From positions 1 through 64,000 of the forward strand of contig CAVWIH010000017.1 in assembly GCA_963755025.1 (NCBI GenBank): a DNA stretch of 64,000 bases, written 5' to 3'. Both the position numbers and the translations under genes were made by a program. This DNA comes from an uncultured Actinomycetes bacterium. GTDB taxonomy: Bacteria; Actinomycetota; Thermoleophilia; UBA2241. Numbering within the stretch: the stretch's first letter is position 1; each line of letters starts with the position of its first letter. Positions 24,801-34,655 of the stretch are shown piece by piece. Below the pieces are notes generated by a model. The model was not told the DNA's origin. It searched no databases and saw only the letters and a program-made list of their open reading frames with translations.

Positions 24801-25886
24801 TCAGGCCGCGATGCCCTCGCGCTCGCGCTCCGGCTGCGCGCTGCGCCCCACCGGCAGCGTCTCCAGCACCCGCTGCTTCAGCACCCGCCGCGCCCGCCAG
24901 TAGATGTCGCGCCGGTCGCGCATGAGGACCGCCCAGCGTTCCCGGGCGTACAGGGCGCGGTCGAAGCGCGACCGGTAGACGGCCAGCCGGTAGGCGGTGA
25001 CCGGCGAGGCGCCCAGGTCACGCTTGTAGCCGGCGGTGCCCCACTGCAGGTGCAGCCGCGCGCAGCCGCGCTCTATGGCCTCGACGATCAGGAACGAGGT
25101 CATGAGCACGCCCATGCGCAGCTTGAGGTAGGCGGGGTCGCAGGCGGCCGTGTGCGCCCAGCAGTCGCGCCCCACGAGCAAGAAGAGGTTGGCGGCCACG
25201 CACTCGTCGCCGATGCACCCAGTCAGCGCACCGCCGTGGGCCTGCAGGAGGCGCCAGAGCCGGTAGGGTGCGGCGGACTGGCCTTCGTATATCCAGGGTT
25301 CGCCCTTCTCGCGCATGCGCTGCCGGTTCCAGGCGAACACCTGCTTGACCAGCTCCAGGGTGAGCTCGTCGCCGTGCGCCACGCGCAGCGTGAAATCGGG
25401 ATGCACGCGCAGCAGGCGGTTGCGGCAGCGCCGCAGGTTGGCGCGTGTCGACGCTCCCAGGCGGCTCTCCCACTGGGCCTGGCTCGTCGGCAGCTCGACC
25501 ACCTGGTCGTCGGAATGGTAGAGGGTGCGCGTGGGCAGGCCCAGTAGCGCCGGCGCGAACTTGCTCTCGACCCTGATGCGTCTGGTCTCGGGGCGCGCGC
25601 GGAAGATGGCGGCGGCCACGCGCGTCACGTCGGCCGGTTCGATGTCGATCACCTTGTTCAGCACGTCGACGGTCGCGCCCCGGGCGGTGAAGACGATCAC
25701 GTGCCGCGGCGCGTTCAGCTCGCAGGCGTAGAGGCGCGGTGGGCGGTCGTAGATGGCGAAGTACTCGGCGACGCTGAAGGCGCTGTCGTAGAGGTCGGGC
25801 AGCTCGTCCAGGAGCTCCCGGGGTGCACCGTCCAGGTGTACGACGGCGTCCAGATCGGCGAAGGTCGCCCGGTGCGGGTCGTTCAT
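24801..25886 (-). CDS. GNAT-family acyltransferase (CelD/BcsL-like)
   Basis: RANLRRCRNRL, DPAY-x-x-LRMGVL, AIERG..LQWG-x-x-x-YK-x-x-LG; GGAGGAGG RBS. Confidence 0.85.
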   Translation of the reverse strand: MNDPHRATFADLDAVVHLDGAPRELLDELPDLYDSAFSVAEYFAIYDRPPRLYACELNAPRHVIVFTARGATVDVLNKVIDIEPADVTRVAAAIFRARPETRRIRVESKFAPALLGLPTRTLYHSDDQVVELPTSQAQWESRLGASTRANLRRCRNRLLRVHPDFTLRVAHGDELTLELVKQVFAWNRQRMREKGEPWIYEGQSAAPYRLWRLLQAHGGALTGCIGDECVAANLFLLVGRDCWAHTAACDPAYLKLRMGVLMTSFLIVEAIERGCARLHLQWGTAGYKRDLGASPVTAYRLAVYRSRFDRALYARERWAVLMRDRRDIYWRARRVLKQRVLETLPVGRSAQPEREREGIAA

Positions 25887-26008
25887 ACGGCCCTCCTCCA
25901 CGTGGGGCGATCCGCACAGCCTGGCGCGCGGGCCGCCGCTGTCCCTCTTTTTCTGTCGGTGCGAGCGCCGCCGGGCGCTCCCGGGACCTTCTACCCGTCC
26001 GGCGGCGC

Positions 26009-26524
26009 TCAGTCGTCGTTGCCGCCGCCGGCCGGGGTGACGACCGTCGCCTTCGCGCCGCTCGCCAGGGCGGCGTTTGTGCCGCCGGTCTTGGCGACCT
26101 TGTCGAGCGCGGCCTGTAGCGACCTGGCGTAGGCCTGGCTGGTGTAGGTGGCTCCGGAGATCGCGTGGATCGGTCCGCCGTTGCTCGCCACGGTCTGCGC
26201 GATGAGCTGCGGCACGACGCTGCCGGTGATCTGCGACGACTGCGGCCCGTGCACGTTCAGGCGAGCCAGCCCGACACTCGTGATCTTGCCGTTCAAGGCG
26301 CTGACACGTACCTGGATGTCGCCGAGGCCGCCGCCCAGCGACTGGTCGGTGCCGAGCGCGCTCGTGCCGGCGCCGACGCCGGCCGTCGCGCCCACCTTCA
26401 GTCCGGCGGGCAGGGTGGCGGCGTTGCTGCCGGTCGGGCGATAGCCCAGCACCGCGCCGAGGCTGACGGCGGTGGCGACGATCGTCACCGCCGGGATCAT
26501 TGCCGACTTCCTCATGGTCCTCAT
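26009..26524 (-). CDS. Membrane-anchored FMN-binding (flavinylation substrate) protein
   Basis: N-terminal TM, G-x-IQVRV..GKITSV, ISGATYTS motif, SLQAALD. Confidence 0.85.
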   Translation of the reverse strand: MRTMRKSAMIPAVTIVATAVSLGAVLGYRPTGSNAATLPAGLKVGATAGVGAGTSALGTDQSLGGGLGDIQVRVSALNGKITSVGLARLNVHGPQSSQITGSVVPQLIAQTVASNGGPIHAISGATYTSQAYARSLQAALDKVAKTGGTNAALASGAKATVVTPAGGGNDD

Positions 26525-26669
26525 GCTCCGTCCCTCCCGACCAGCCGGGGCGCTCGCGCCTGCGGCTTCGACCGTTCACAGTGCTGCGGTCTAGATGGCC
26601 GGCGAAGATGAAGAACGCATGAGGCCGTACGGACGGCGGCCTCCTCGAGAAACCGCGAGTCCGCGCCTG

Positions 26670-27863
26670 TCAGGCGGCGGGGCCGTTGGCCAGGGTGACG
26701 GTGACGTCGTGGCCGTGACCGGCCGGGTCGAGCCAGTGCAGGCGGACGGTGTCGCCGGGATGGTGGGCCGACAGCAGGCCGGTGAGCGCCGCCGCCGAAG
26801 TGACGGCGCGGCCGTCGACCGCGGTGATCACGTCGCCGGCCGTCAGTCCCGCGTGGGCTGCCGGGTAGCCGGCGAGCACGCCGGCCACGGTCGCCCCGGC
26901 GTGCGAGACGCCGAGGCCGCCGGCGCTCGCCTGCGACGGCGGTACGACCTCGACGCCGAGGAACCCCGTCGCCCCGATGTGCACGGTGGCCGAGGTCGTA
27001 CCCTGCGCGATCTGGCGCGCGATCGACAGGGCGCCGGCGATCGGGATCGCGTAGCCCTGGACCGACGCTCGCCGCGAGAAGCCGGTCGAGGCCGCGGCGT
27101 TCATGCCGACCACCTGTCCGGCGGCGTCGACCAGCGGGCCGCCCGAGTCGCCGGGGCGGATGGCGGCGTCGGTCTCGATCAGGTCGCGGAGCCGCTGGGC
27201 GTTGCCGCCGCCGGCATCGCTCGCGGTGATCGTCTGGCCGAGCGCGGTGACCACGCCGCTCGCGACCTGCGGCGGGCCGCCGAGGCCGCCGGCGTTGCCG
27301 AGCGCCGTCACGTGGGCGCCGCGCGTCACCTTGCTCGAGTCGCCCAGGGCGACGGTGTGCAGGCCGGCAGCGTTGCGCAGTGCGATCAGGGCGACGTCGT
27401 GCGTGCGGTCGTAGCCGAGCACGGTGGCGGCGTAGGTCTTGCCGTTGCCGATGTCCCTGACGCTGATGTGCGTCGCGCCGCGGATGACGTGGTTGTTGGT
27501 GAGGACCACGCCCGAGGAGGTGAGCACCATGCCGGTGGCGGCTCCCTCGGCGCCCTGGGCGCCGTCGATCACGTTGATGTCGACCAGGCCGGAATCGACT
27601 TTGGCGGCCACGGCGGCCGCGCTCAGCGGCGCCGCCGCCGCCGGAGGAGAGGCCACCGGAAAGCTCGTCGCGCTGGGCGGTGCGCTGGGGGCCGCGCCAG
27701 ATGCCCGCGTGCCCGGAAGCCGGCCCACGCCGAGCGCGGCGAGCAGCACCGACGCCAGCACGACGACCCGACCAGCGTGCCGATCGGCGCCCGTGTCGCG
27801 TTCGGGGCGGCGTCGCGCCGGGTTTGGCATGCCGCGCCTCCGCGCGACGGGCGCCGCGCGCAC
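26670..27863 (-). CDS. HtrA-like serine protease with PDZ (mycobacterial PepA-like); start uncertain
   Basis: GMVL, LTNNHVI, DVALI, IETDAAIRPGDSGGPL, PDZ. Confidence 0.92.
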   Translation of the reverse strand: MRAAPVARRRGMPNPARRRPERDTGADRHAGRVVVLASVLLAALGVGRLPGTRASGAAPSAPPSATSFPVASPPAAAAPLSAAAVAAKVDSGLVDINVIDGAQGAEGAATGMVLTSSGVVLTNNHVIRGATHISVRDIGNGKTYAATVLGYDRTHDVALIALRNAAGLHTVALGDSSKVTRGAHVTALGNAGGLGGPPQVASGVVTALGQTITASDAGGGNAQRLRDLIETDAAIRPGDSGGPLVDAAGQVVGMNAAASTGFSRRASVQGYAIPIAGALSIARQIAQGTTSATVHIGATGFLGVEVVPPSQASAGGLGVSHAGATVAGVLAGYPAAHAGLTAGDVITAVDGRAVTSAAALTGLLSAHHPGDTVRLHWLDPAGHGHDVTVTLANGPAA

Positions 27864-28099
27864 GTGTTCGGGGGCGGGAGATCTCCGTCATGTCGTCGCT
27901 GCCCTCGCCGTCGCTGCTGCCTTCGGCCCCGGCGCGCCCCGCGGCGTGCGCTCGGCCTCTCGAGTCATGCTGCCCGTGGGCCGCCGAAACAGCCCCACTG
28001 CAAGCGTTCATTCCCGCAAGCGGGGCGAGCCAGCGCCGCGGCGCGCGACGATCGCGTGGGGGAGGGGTGGGTCGTGGGCGGCGGCCGGCGGGCCGCCGC

Positions 28100-29606
28100 T
28101 TACCGCGCGCCTGTCTGGGTCGCCGGCCTGCCCGACGGGCTGGGCGCGGCGGTCGCCTGCGCGGCGGGGCCGCGCGTGAGCGACGCGAGGGCGCCCGACG
28201 AGCGCCAGGCCGGCGCCGGTGAGCATGGCGTACTTGTAGCCGGTCGCGTAGTCGGCGGCGGCGTGGGCGGCGGCCATGCCGTGACCGCCGGTGTAAAGGA
28301 TACGGCTGCCGGCGCGACCGAGCTGGCTGGCGGCGATGCCGCCCAGCAGCGCCACGCTCAGCGCCATGCCGGTCACGCGCATGGTGCCGGAGAAGGCGCT
28401 GGCCAGGCTAAGCTGGGGCCGGCGCGCGCTGCCCATGATGGCGCTCGTGTTGGGCGCGCTGAAGGCGGCCAGGCCCAGGCCCACCAGCGCCAGGGCGCCC
28501 ATGACGTGGGCGATGCTGACGGTCTCGGGCATGAAGGCGAGCAGCACCATGCCGACGGCGGTGAGCACCATGCCCAGCGTGCTGAGCACGCGCGAGCCGA
28601 CGCGGTCGCTCAGGCGCCCGGCGAACGGGCTGAGGATGGCCTGCACCGCGGGCTGGGCGAGCATGATCCAGCCGGTCAGGCCGGCCGACTCGTGCTTGAC
28701 CACCTCGAGGAAGATGGCCGTCAGGATGCTGATCGCGTAGAGCGCCATGTAGTTGAGCAGCGCCGCCGTGTTGGCCGCCGCGAACAGGCGGTTGTGGAGC
28801 AGCAGGTCCATGTCGAGCAGCGGGTCGCGCACGCGGGTCTCGGTGGTCACGAAGCCGACGAAGGCGAGCGCCGACACGACGAGCAGGCCGATGGTGCGCG
28901 GCGACGCCCAGCCCCACTCCGAGGCAAACGTGAGGGGCACCAGGAGGCAGGTGAGGGCCACCGCCTGCAGCCCCGAGCCGAGCAAGTCGTGGCGCGGCGC
29001 CGCGGCGTCGGCGTGCTCGTGGCGCGGCATCAGCAGCCAGCCCCAGACGAACACCGCGAGGCCGATCGGCAGGTTGACGAAGAAGATCCACTTCCAGCCC
29101 AGATGGTCGACGATCTGGCCGCCGAGCACGGGACCGACGCTCAACCCGACGTAGACGGCCATCACGTTGATGCCGAGCGCGCGGCCGCGGTCCTGGGGCG
29201 GGAACACCGAGGTCACGATCGCCGCCGACGTGGCCGACAGCAGGGCCGCGCCGCCGCCCTGGATGACGCGGCTGGTGATGAGCCAGGGGCCGTTCATGCT
29301 CAGGCCGGCCAGCAGCGAGCCCACCGTGAAGATGGCGATGCCGGCGAGGTAGAAGTGCACGCGGCCGTGGTGGTCGGCGAGGCGGCCGAGGGGAATGAGG
29401 AGCACCGCCATGGACAGCAGGTACGAGGCCTGCACCCAGATACTGGCGCTGAAGCTCAGGTGCAGCGCCGGTCCTATCTTGGCGAGCGCCACGGCCACGA
29501 TGCTGCCGTCGAGCGGCGCCATGAAGGCGCCCACGCTGGTGAGCGCAAGGAGCTCCCAACGACGGTCGTGGAGTTGGTCGACGGTGATGCGGCGCAGCGT
29601 GGGCAT
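28100..29606 (-). CDS. MFS transporter, DHA2 (EmrB/QacA-like); +1 frameshift near 28195
   Basis: D-x-S-I-V-x-VAL, GRLADHHG, RVIQG-x-G, about 14 TM; removing one base gives VGALASLTRG..TGAR* with stop at 28100. Confidence 0.9.
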
Positions 29607-29673
29607 TGCTGAATACTTTACCGCGCGACGGCGGCTCTGGATAGACGGGCCGGCGTCGCCGGGCCGTCGCGCC

Positions 29674-30603
29674 TTAGAACAGGGCGTGTCCGACGAGCAC
29701 GCCGACGATCACGAGGGGCGTGGAGATGGCCACCACCAGGCGCAGCATGGCGGCGTCGAGGTCGAAGACGCGCGCCAGGATGATGGAGTTGAAGGCCACC
29801 GGCGTGGCCGCCAGCAGCAGGCAGACCCCCGGCATGTGCACGCCCGCCAGGTGCGCCAGGGCGAGCAGCAGCAGCGGCGCCACGGCGCAGCGCAGCGCCA
29901 GAGTGGCGACCGCCGCCGGCAGGTCGGCCAGGCGGTGCGCCAGGGGTTCGAGCGGTGTGGCCAGACCGAGCTGGAAGAAGCCGAACATGCCGGTCGCCAG
30001 GCCCGCCGGCGGGCCGAGCGGGGCGACCACGTGACGCAGGTCGACGCCGCTGAAGTGCAGGCCGAGCGCCACAGCCCCCGAGGCGACGAGCGGGTTGACC
30101 ACCCAGCCGCGCATCAGCGCCCACATGCCCGGTCCGGACTGGGCCAGCGAAGCCGGCCCCGCGTAATGGCGGGCCACGGCGCGCGACACGGCGAGCGCCG
30201 GTATCAGGAACTGGAACTCCGAGTACAGTACGGCGAGCGCCAGGCCGGTCGGTCCGAACACCGCGATCGCCAGCGGGTAGCCCACGTAACCGGTATTGCC
30301 CAGGGCGCTGCCCAGGGCGACGGCGCCGCGCTCGCGGCCCTCGCGGCCGGTGAGCCCGCCGCAGCCGATCCCCAGCCCGAGGACGAGCCACGAGCTCGTC
30401 ACCACGACGGCGCCGATCACCAGCAGCCGGGTGTCGAAGTGCACCGTGGTGTAGGCGAAGAAGACGAGCACCGGCTCGGTCACCCAGAACATCACGGCGA
30501 ACAGGACGTGCGACAGCCGGCCGGGGTCGCGCAGCCGCCGTTGCAGATACAGGCCGAGCGCCAGACAGGCGGTCCAGCCGATGACGGTGGGGATCAGTGG
30601 CAC
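29674..30603 (-). CDS. AEC (auxin efflux carrier)-family transporter
   Basis: GNTGYVGYP, NPLV, LLAATP, about 10 TM. Confidence 0.85.
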   Translation of the reverse strand: MPLIPTVIGWTACLALGLYLQRRLRDPGRLSHVLFAVMFWVTEPVLVFFAYTTVHFDTRLLVIGAVVVTSSWLVLGLGIGCGGLTGREGRERGAVALGSALGNTGYVGYPLAIAVFGPTGLALAVLYSEFQFLIPALAVSRAVARHYAGPASLAQSGPGMWALMRGWVVNPLVASGAVALGLHFSGVDLRHVVAPLGPPAGLATGMFGFFQLGLATPLEPLAHRLADLPAAVATLALRCAVAPLLLLALAHLAGVHMPGVCLLLAATPVAFNSIILARVFDLDAAMLRLVVAISTPLVIVGVLVGHALF

Positions 30604-30699
30604 AAGCTACAGGGAGTCGATGTGGCGGCGCGGCGGCCGAGGAGAGCCACAAGCCTACCAGAGACGGTGCGGCGGGCGACCCGGGCCTGACTGCGCCGT

Positions 30700-32301
30700 C
30701 TACTGCACGGTGAGGGCGTTCGAGCCCACGCTCGCCTGCGCGTTGCCGGCGGCGTCGACCGCGTAGATCACGATGCGATACTTCCCGGCCGCCAGGTGAC
30801 AGACGAACCTGGCCTTGAGCCGCGTGTTCACCGGCACCGCGCTCGCGGTGAGCTTGCGTACGAGGTGACCGGCGCTGTTCAGCACGCGGATGGTCGCGTT
30901 GGCGGTCGGCGAGCCGGGCTGCGCGTCGCGGATGCGATAGAGCAGTGTGGCGGTGTGGCCGCTCGTCACCGTGGCCGCCGCGGCGACCGGCTGCGGGCGG
31001 CGGGTGTCGATGCGCACCGTGACGGTCTGCGACGGCGCCACGTTGCCGGCCTTGTCGAGGGCGCGGAAGGCCACCGAGTGCGCGCCGTCGCCGCTGTGGT
31101 CGGCGGGGGCCGGCAGGGTGAGCGCGGCGGCCTTGGTCCAGGCGCCGCCGTCGAGTGCGTACTCGATGCAGGCCACTCCGCTGCCGCCTTTGTCGAGCGC
31201 GGCGAAGGTCAGCGTCTGGGCCTTGTCGTGCCAGGCGGCGTCGGCGCCGGCCACCGTGGTGGTCGCCGGGGTGGTGTCGATCTTAACGGTGCACGTGCGT
31301 GTCTTCTCGAGGTTGCCGGCGTCGTCGATCGACCGATAGGAGACCACGTGGACGCCGTCGCCGCTGTGGTCGGCGGGAGCGGGGAAGGCGAGGCTGGCGG
31401 CCTTCGTCCAGGCGCCGGCGCCGACCTTGTACTGCGTGGCGGCCACGCCCGTGCCGCCGGCGTTGTCGACGGCCTTGAAGGTGAGGCTCACGGCTTTGGC
31501 GTGCCACGCCGTGTCGGCGCCCGTGACCGTCGTCACCGGGGCCGTCGCGTCGACCGCCAGCGGGTCGCCGAAATACTGGTCGTAGAGCTCCCAGAACAGC
31601 TTGTTGCCGCCGCCGGCCAGGCCGATCCAGGGCGTGTAGGTGTAGAGCGCGTAGCTTGCCTGGTCGACCGGCTTGACGGTGCCGTCGCCGCAGGCCTTGG
31701 CGAGGCCGGCGTGCCAGGCCTGGCCGTCGTCGTGCAGCGACTGGGCGCCGCACCAGATCTGGTTGCCGAAGCCCTCGTAGACGGTGGCGCGCGAGCCCGA
31801 GTCGGGACAGCCGCAGCCCATCGCCCAGGCGAGCGCGCTGGCGCTCGGTTTGGTCGCGCTCAGCAGGCCCTGTTCCTTTTGCAGGGTGGCGAGGATGACC
31901 TTGGGGCTGACGCCCCAGGCGTGCGCCGCCTGCACCACGATGGCCGCGGCGCTGCGCTTGACGCCGAGGTGGTCGGCCGCCTGGTAGGTGGCGAGCACGC
32001 CCGTCTGAGCGGCCAGGAACTTCTGCACGGCCGCCTGGTCGAGCGAGTCGACCGCCCCGAAGTTGACGTCGGTGATGAGGTCGTCGGCCGTGAACGCGGC
32101 GCCGCCCAGGGCGCCCCACGAGACCGCCGCGCGTTGCGCGGCGGGGCTGAACGAGGGATCGCGCGGCGCCGCGGCGGCGGCCGGTCCGGCGCTCAGCGAG
32201 AGGCCGACGGTCAGCAGTGCCGCGGCGCACAGGGCGATACCGGCGGCGCGCGGGCGGGTCGTTGCCTGACTGGTTCTGGCGTGCGAAAGTTCCGGGTTCG
32301 T
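30700..32301 (-). CDS. Secreted modular protein: putative lysozyme-like N-domain, two Ig-like repeats, shared basic C-terminal domain; apparent start codon ACG
   Basis: Frame stays open upstream of 32028 through signal peptide RAAGIALCAAALLTVGLSLSAGPAAAA to ACG at 32301, 6 nt after GAGGAG; SPKVILATLQKEQ, MGCGCPD, LYTYTPW, GNKLFW. Confidence 0.8.
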   Translation of the reverse strand, partial: TNPELSHARTSQATTRPRAAGIALCAAALLTVGLSLSAGPAAAAAPRDPSFSPAAQRAAVSWGALGGAAFTADDLITDVNFGAVDSLDQAAVQKFLAAQTGVLATYQAADHLGVKRSAAAIVVQAAHAWGVSPKVILATLQKEQGLLSATKPSASALAWAMGCGCPDSGSRATVYEGFGNQIWCGAQSLHDDGQAWHAGLAKACGDGTVKPVDQASYALYTYTPWIGLAGGGNKLFWELYDQYFGDPLAVDATAPVTTVTGADTAWHAKAVSLTFKAVDNAGGTGVAATQYKVGAGAWTKAASLAFPAPADHSGDGVHVVSYRSIDDAGNLEKTRTCTVKIDTTPATTTVAGADAAWHDKAQTLTFAALDKGGSGVACIEYALDGGAWTKAAALTLPAPADHSGDGAHSVAFRALDKAGNVAPSQTVTVRIDTRRPQPVAAAATVTSGHTATLLYRIRDAQPGSPTANATIRVLNSAGHLVRKLTASAVPVNTRLKARFVCHLAAGKYRIVIYAVDAAGNAQASVGSNALTVQ

Positions 32302-32386
32302 GAGCGCTCCTCTGCCGTGGCCGACTGTGGGGTCATCGGCAGGGAGGGCGGCTCGGTTGAGCGACTCGCGCTCGGGCGCCGCTCGC

Positions 32387-33049
32387 CTAGGAAGAGCCGC
32401 CCGAGATGAAGTGCAGCTCGATGCCCTTGACGACGGCCTCGGAGCGGCTGCGCACGCCGAGCTTGCGGTAGATCGACGAGACGTGGTTCTGCACCGTCTT
32501 GGTCGACAGGAACAGGTGCGACGCGATCTGCGCGGCGGTCATGGGCGTGGCCAGCAGCCGCAGCACCTGCAGCTCGCGCTCGGACAGGTCGAGGCGCCGC
32601 CGTTCGTACTCGCCGGGCGCGTAGTCGAGGCCGGTGACGCCCCCGGCGAGGCCCTCGGTGACCGAACCGCCGAAGGCGCTGCCGCCGCCGGCGACGAGGT
32701 GGATGGCACCGATCAGCTGGGCCGGGTCGGCGTCTTTGGCGATGTAGCCGCGCGCCCCCGCGGTGATCGAGCTGAACAGCGCGTCGCGGTCGTCGCGGCC
32801 GCTCACGATGATGACCTTGACGTCGTCGCCGCGCTCCTTGAGGCGGGCCGTGGTGGCGAGGCCGTCGAGCCGTCCGGGCATGAAGATGTCGAGCAGCAGC
32901 ACGGCGCCCGGGTTGTCGCGCACGGCGTCGAGGGCTTCGTCGCCGGTCGACGCTTGGGCGACCACCTCGAGCCCCTCGGCCTCGAGGAGCTGCGCCAGAC
33001 CGGCGCGCCACAGGGCGTGATCGTCGGCGATGACGACGCGGATGGTCAT
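32387..33049 (-). CDS. NarL/LuxR-family response regulator
   Basis: VIADDH, LLD-x-x-MP, GARGYIAK, LSERELQVL..STKTVQNHVSSIYRKLGV. Confidence 0.95.
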   Translation of the reverse strand: MTIRVVIADDHALWRAGLAQLLEAEGLEVVAQASTGDEALDAVRDNPGAVLLLDIFMPGRLDGLATTARLKERGDDVKVIIVSGRDDRDALFSSITAGARGYIAKDADPAQLIGAIHLVAGGGSAFGGSVTEGLAGGVTGLDYAPGEYERRRLDLSERELQVLRLLATPMTAAQIASHLFLSTKTVQNHVSSIYRKLGVRSRSEAVVKGIELHFISGGSS

Positions 33050-34431
33050 GAGCGTCGCTCCGCGACCAGGGCCAGGGCATCGAGAAGATCGTCCATCACG
33101 AACGGCTTCGCCATGAACCAGGCGTTCTCCTTGCCGCCGGCGGCAAGCGCCGCCGCCGCGGTCTCGTCGCTGCTGACCACGAGGGCCGGCATCCCGGGCA
33201 GGCGACCGACCGCTTCGACCCCGTCGAGGCCGGGCAGGTGGTAGTCGAAGACGGCGCAGTCGAAGTGACGGGCGGCGGCGAGCGCCAGACCGTCTTCGGC
33301 GCTGCCGGCGCTCTCGACCGCACAGCCGGTGTCGCGCAGCGCGCCGACCACGGCGCTCGCCAGGTGCTCGTCGTCGTCGACGACGAGCACCTGGCGAGCC
33401 GCCAGGCGCACGCGGTCGGCGATCGGTAGGCGTACGGTGAAGACGGCTCCGCCGCCCTCGCGGTCGGCCGCCGAAAGGTCGCCGCCCGCGCCCAGGGTGA
33501 GGCGGCGCACGAGCCAGAGCCCCAGTCCGGTGCCCTGCGCCTTGGTCGAGAAGAACGGGGCGAAGACGTCGCCCTCGGGCAGCCCGGGGCCACGGTCGGC
33601 CACCGACACGAGGGCGCAGCCGTCGGCGATGGCGAGCGTGACCTCGACGGGGCCGCCGTCGCCGTCGGCGTCGATCGCGTTGCCGACGAGGTTGCCGACG
33701 ATCGACGACAGCTCGGCGTGTCCGACGGCCACGCGGGCGTCGCCCGCGGCGCTGACCAGCAGCTCGGTGTCGGGTGCGCGCAGGCGCTGCTCGCCGACGA
33801 TGTCCTGGATGGCCGCGGCCAGCGAGGTAAGCCGCAAGCCGGCGCCGTCGCGCGCCGCGCCGGCCATCGAGTGCAGGATGGTCGACAGGCGCGACTGGCA
33901 ATCGGCGAGCTCGGCGGCGATGACGTCGAGGTTGGTGAGCGCGGGGCCGTCGGTCGGCAGCTGGCGACGCAGCAGGCCGACGTAGAGCCCTATGGTGGCC
34001 AGCGGCGACTTGAGCTCGTGGGCCATGGCGCTGGCCAGCCGGCCGGCGTCGGAGACCTGGCGCTCGGCGTGGGCGCGGCGCTCGCGGTCGAGGGTCGCAG
34101 TGAGGTCGGTGAAGATCATGGCGACGACGGCCGGGTCGCCCAGCACGTGAAGGCCGTAGCCGAGCATGCGCCGGCCGCCGGCGGTCTCGACCTCGAGCTG
34201 GACGCGCGATCTGCTGTGGCCGCCGGCGAGGCCGGCAACCAGGGCGCGCGCGATGGCGCCGATGGGCTCGGCGCCCTCGGCGAGGCTCGCGCAGGTGCGA
34301 CCCAGCACGCCCTCGGCGGGCACGCCCAGGATCTCCTGCGCGGCGTGGTTGTAGAGCGAGACGATGCCGGCATCGTCGACGGCGATCGCGCCCGTGGCCA
34401 TCTGCTCGAGGACGATGTTCGCGAGTGCCAA
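33046..34431 (-). CDS. Cytoplasmic hybrid histidine kinase (PAS-HisKA-HATPase-REC)
   Basis: YNHAAQEILG PAS, AHELKSPL, NLVGNA, DRGPG, FAPFFSTK, GTGLGL, VLVVDDD, DYHLPG, KPF; no TM. Confidence 0.93.
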   Translation of the reverse strand: MALANIVLEQMATGAIAVDDAGIVSLYNHAAQEILGVPAEGVLGRTCASLAEGAEPIGAIARALVAGLAGGHSRSRVQLEVETAGGRRMLGYGLHVLGDPAVVAMIFTDLTATLDRERRAHAERQVSDAGRLASAMAHELKSPLATIGLYVGLLRRQLPTDGPALTNLDVIAAELADCQSRLSTILHSMAGAARDGAGLRLTSLAAAIQDIVGEQRLRAPDTELLVSAAGDARVAVGHAELSSIVGNLVGNAIDADGDGGPVEVTLAIADGCALVSVADRGPGLPEGDVFAPFFSTKAQGTGLGLWLVRRLTLGAGGDLSAADREGGGAVFTVRLPIADRVRLAARQVLVVDDDEHLASAVVGALRDTGCAVESAGSAEDGLALAAARHFDCAVFDYHLPGLDGVEAVGRLPGMPALVVSSDETAAAALAAGGKENAWFMAKPFVMDDLLDALALVAERRS

Positions 34432-34558
34432 GAGAAGTACCCCCTACGTCGGACCGGCGCGGCTGTCGCCCGAGTCTTCAATCGGCAGGTTCGGCCGGGT
34501 CCTGCAGAGGTTCGAGTGTAGCGCACACCGGCGGCCGGTTGCGCGTGCGGCCGGCGCA

Positions 34559-34645
34559 CTCGCGCGACCGCCCACCGTCGCCTCGCCGGGCTCGCGCGGC
34601 CGCCTCACGTCGCGCTCGCGCGACCGCTTACCGCCGCGCTCGCGC
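34559..34645. repeat. Degenerate ~24-bp intergenic tandem repeats
   Basis: CTCGCGCG(A/G)CCGC-x-x-(A/C)C.. units at 34559, 34591 and 34615, partial at 34639. Confidence 0.6.
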
Positions 34646-34655
34646 TTGTCGGCCG

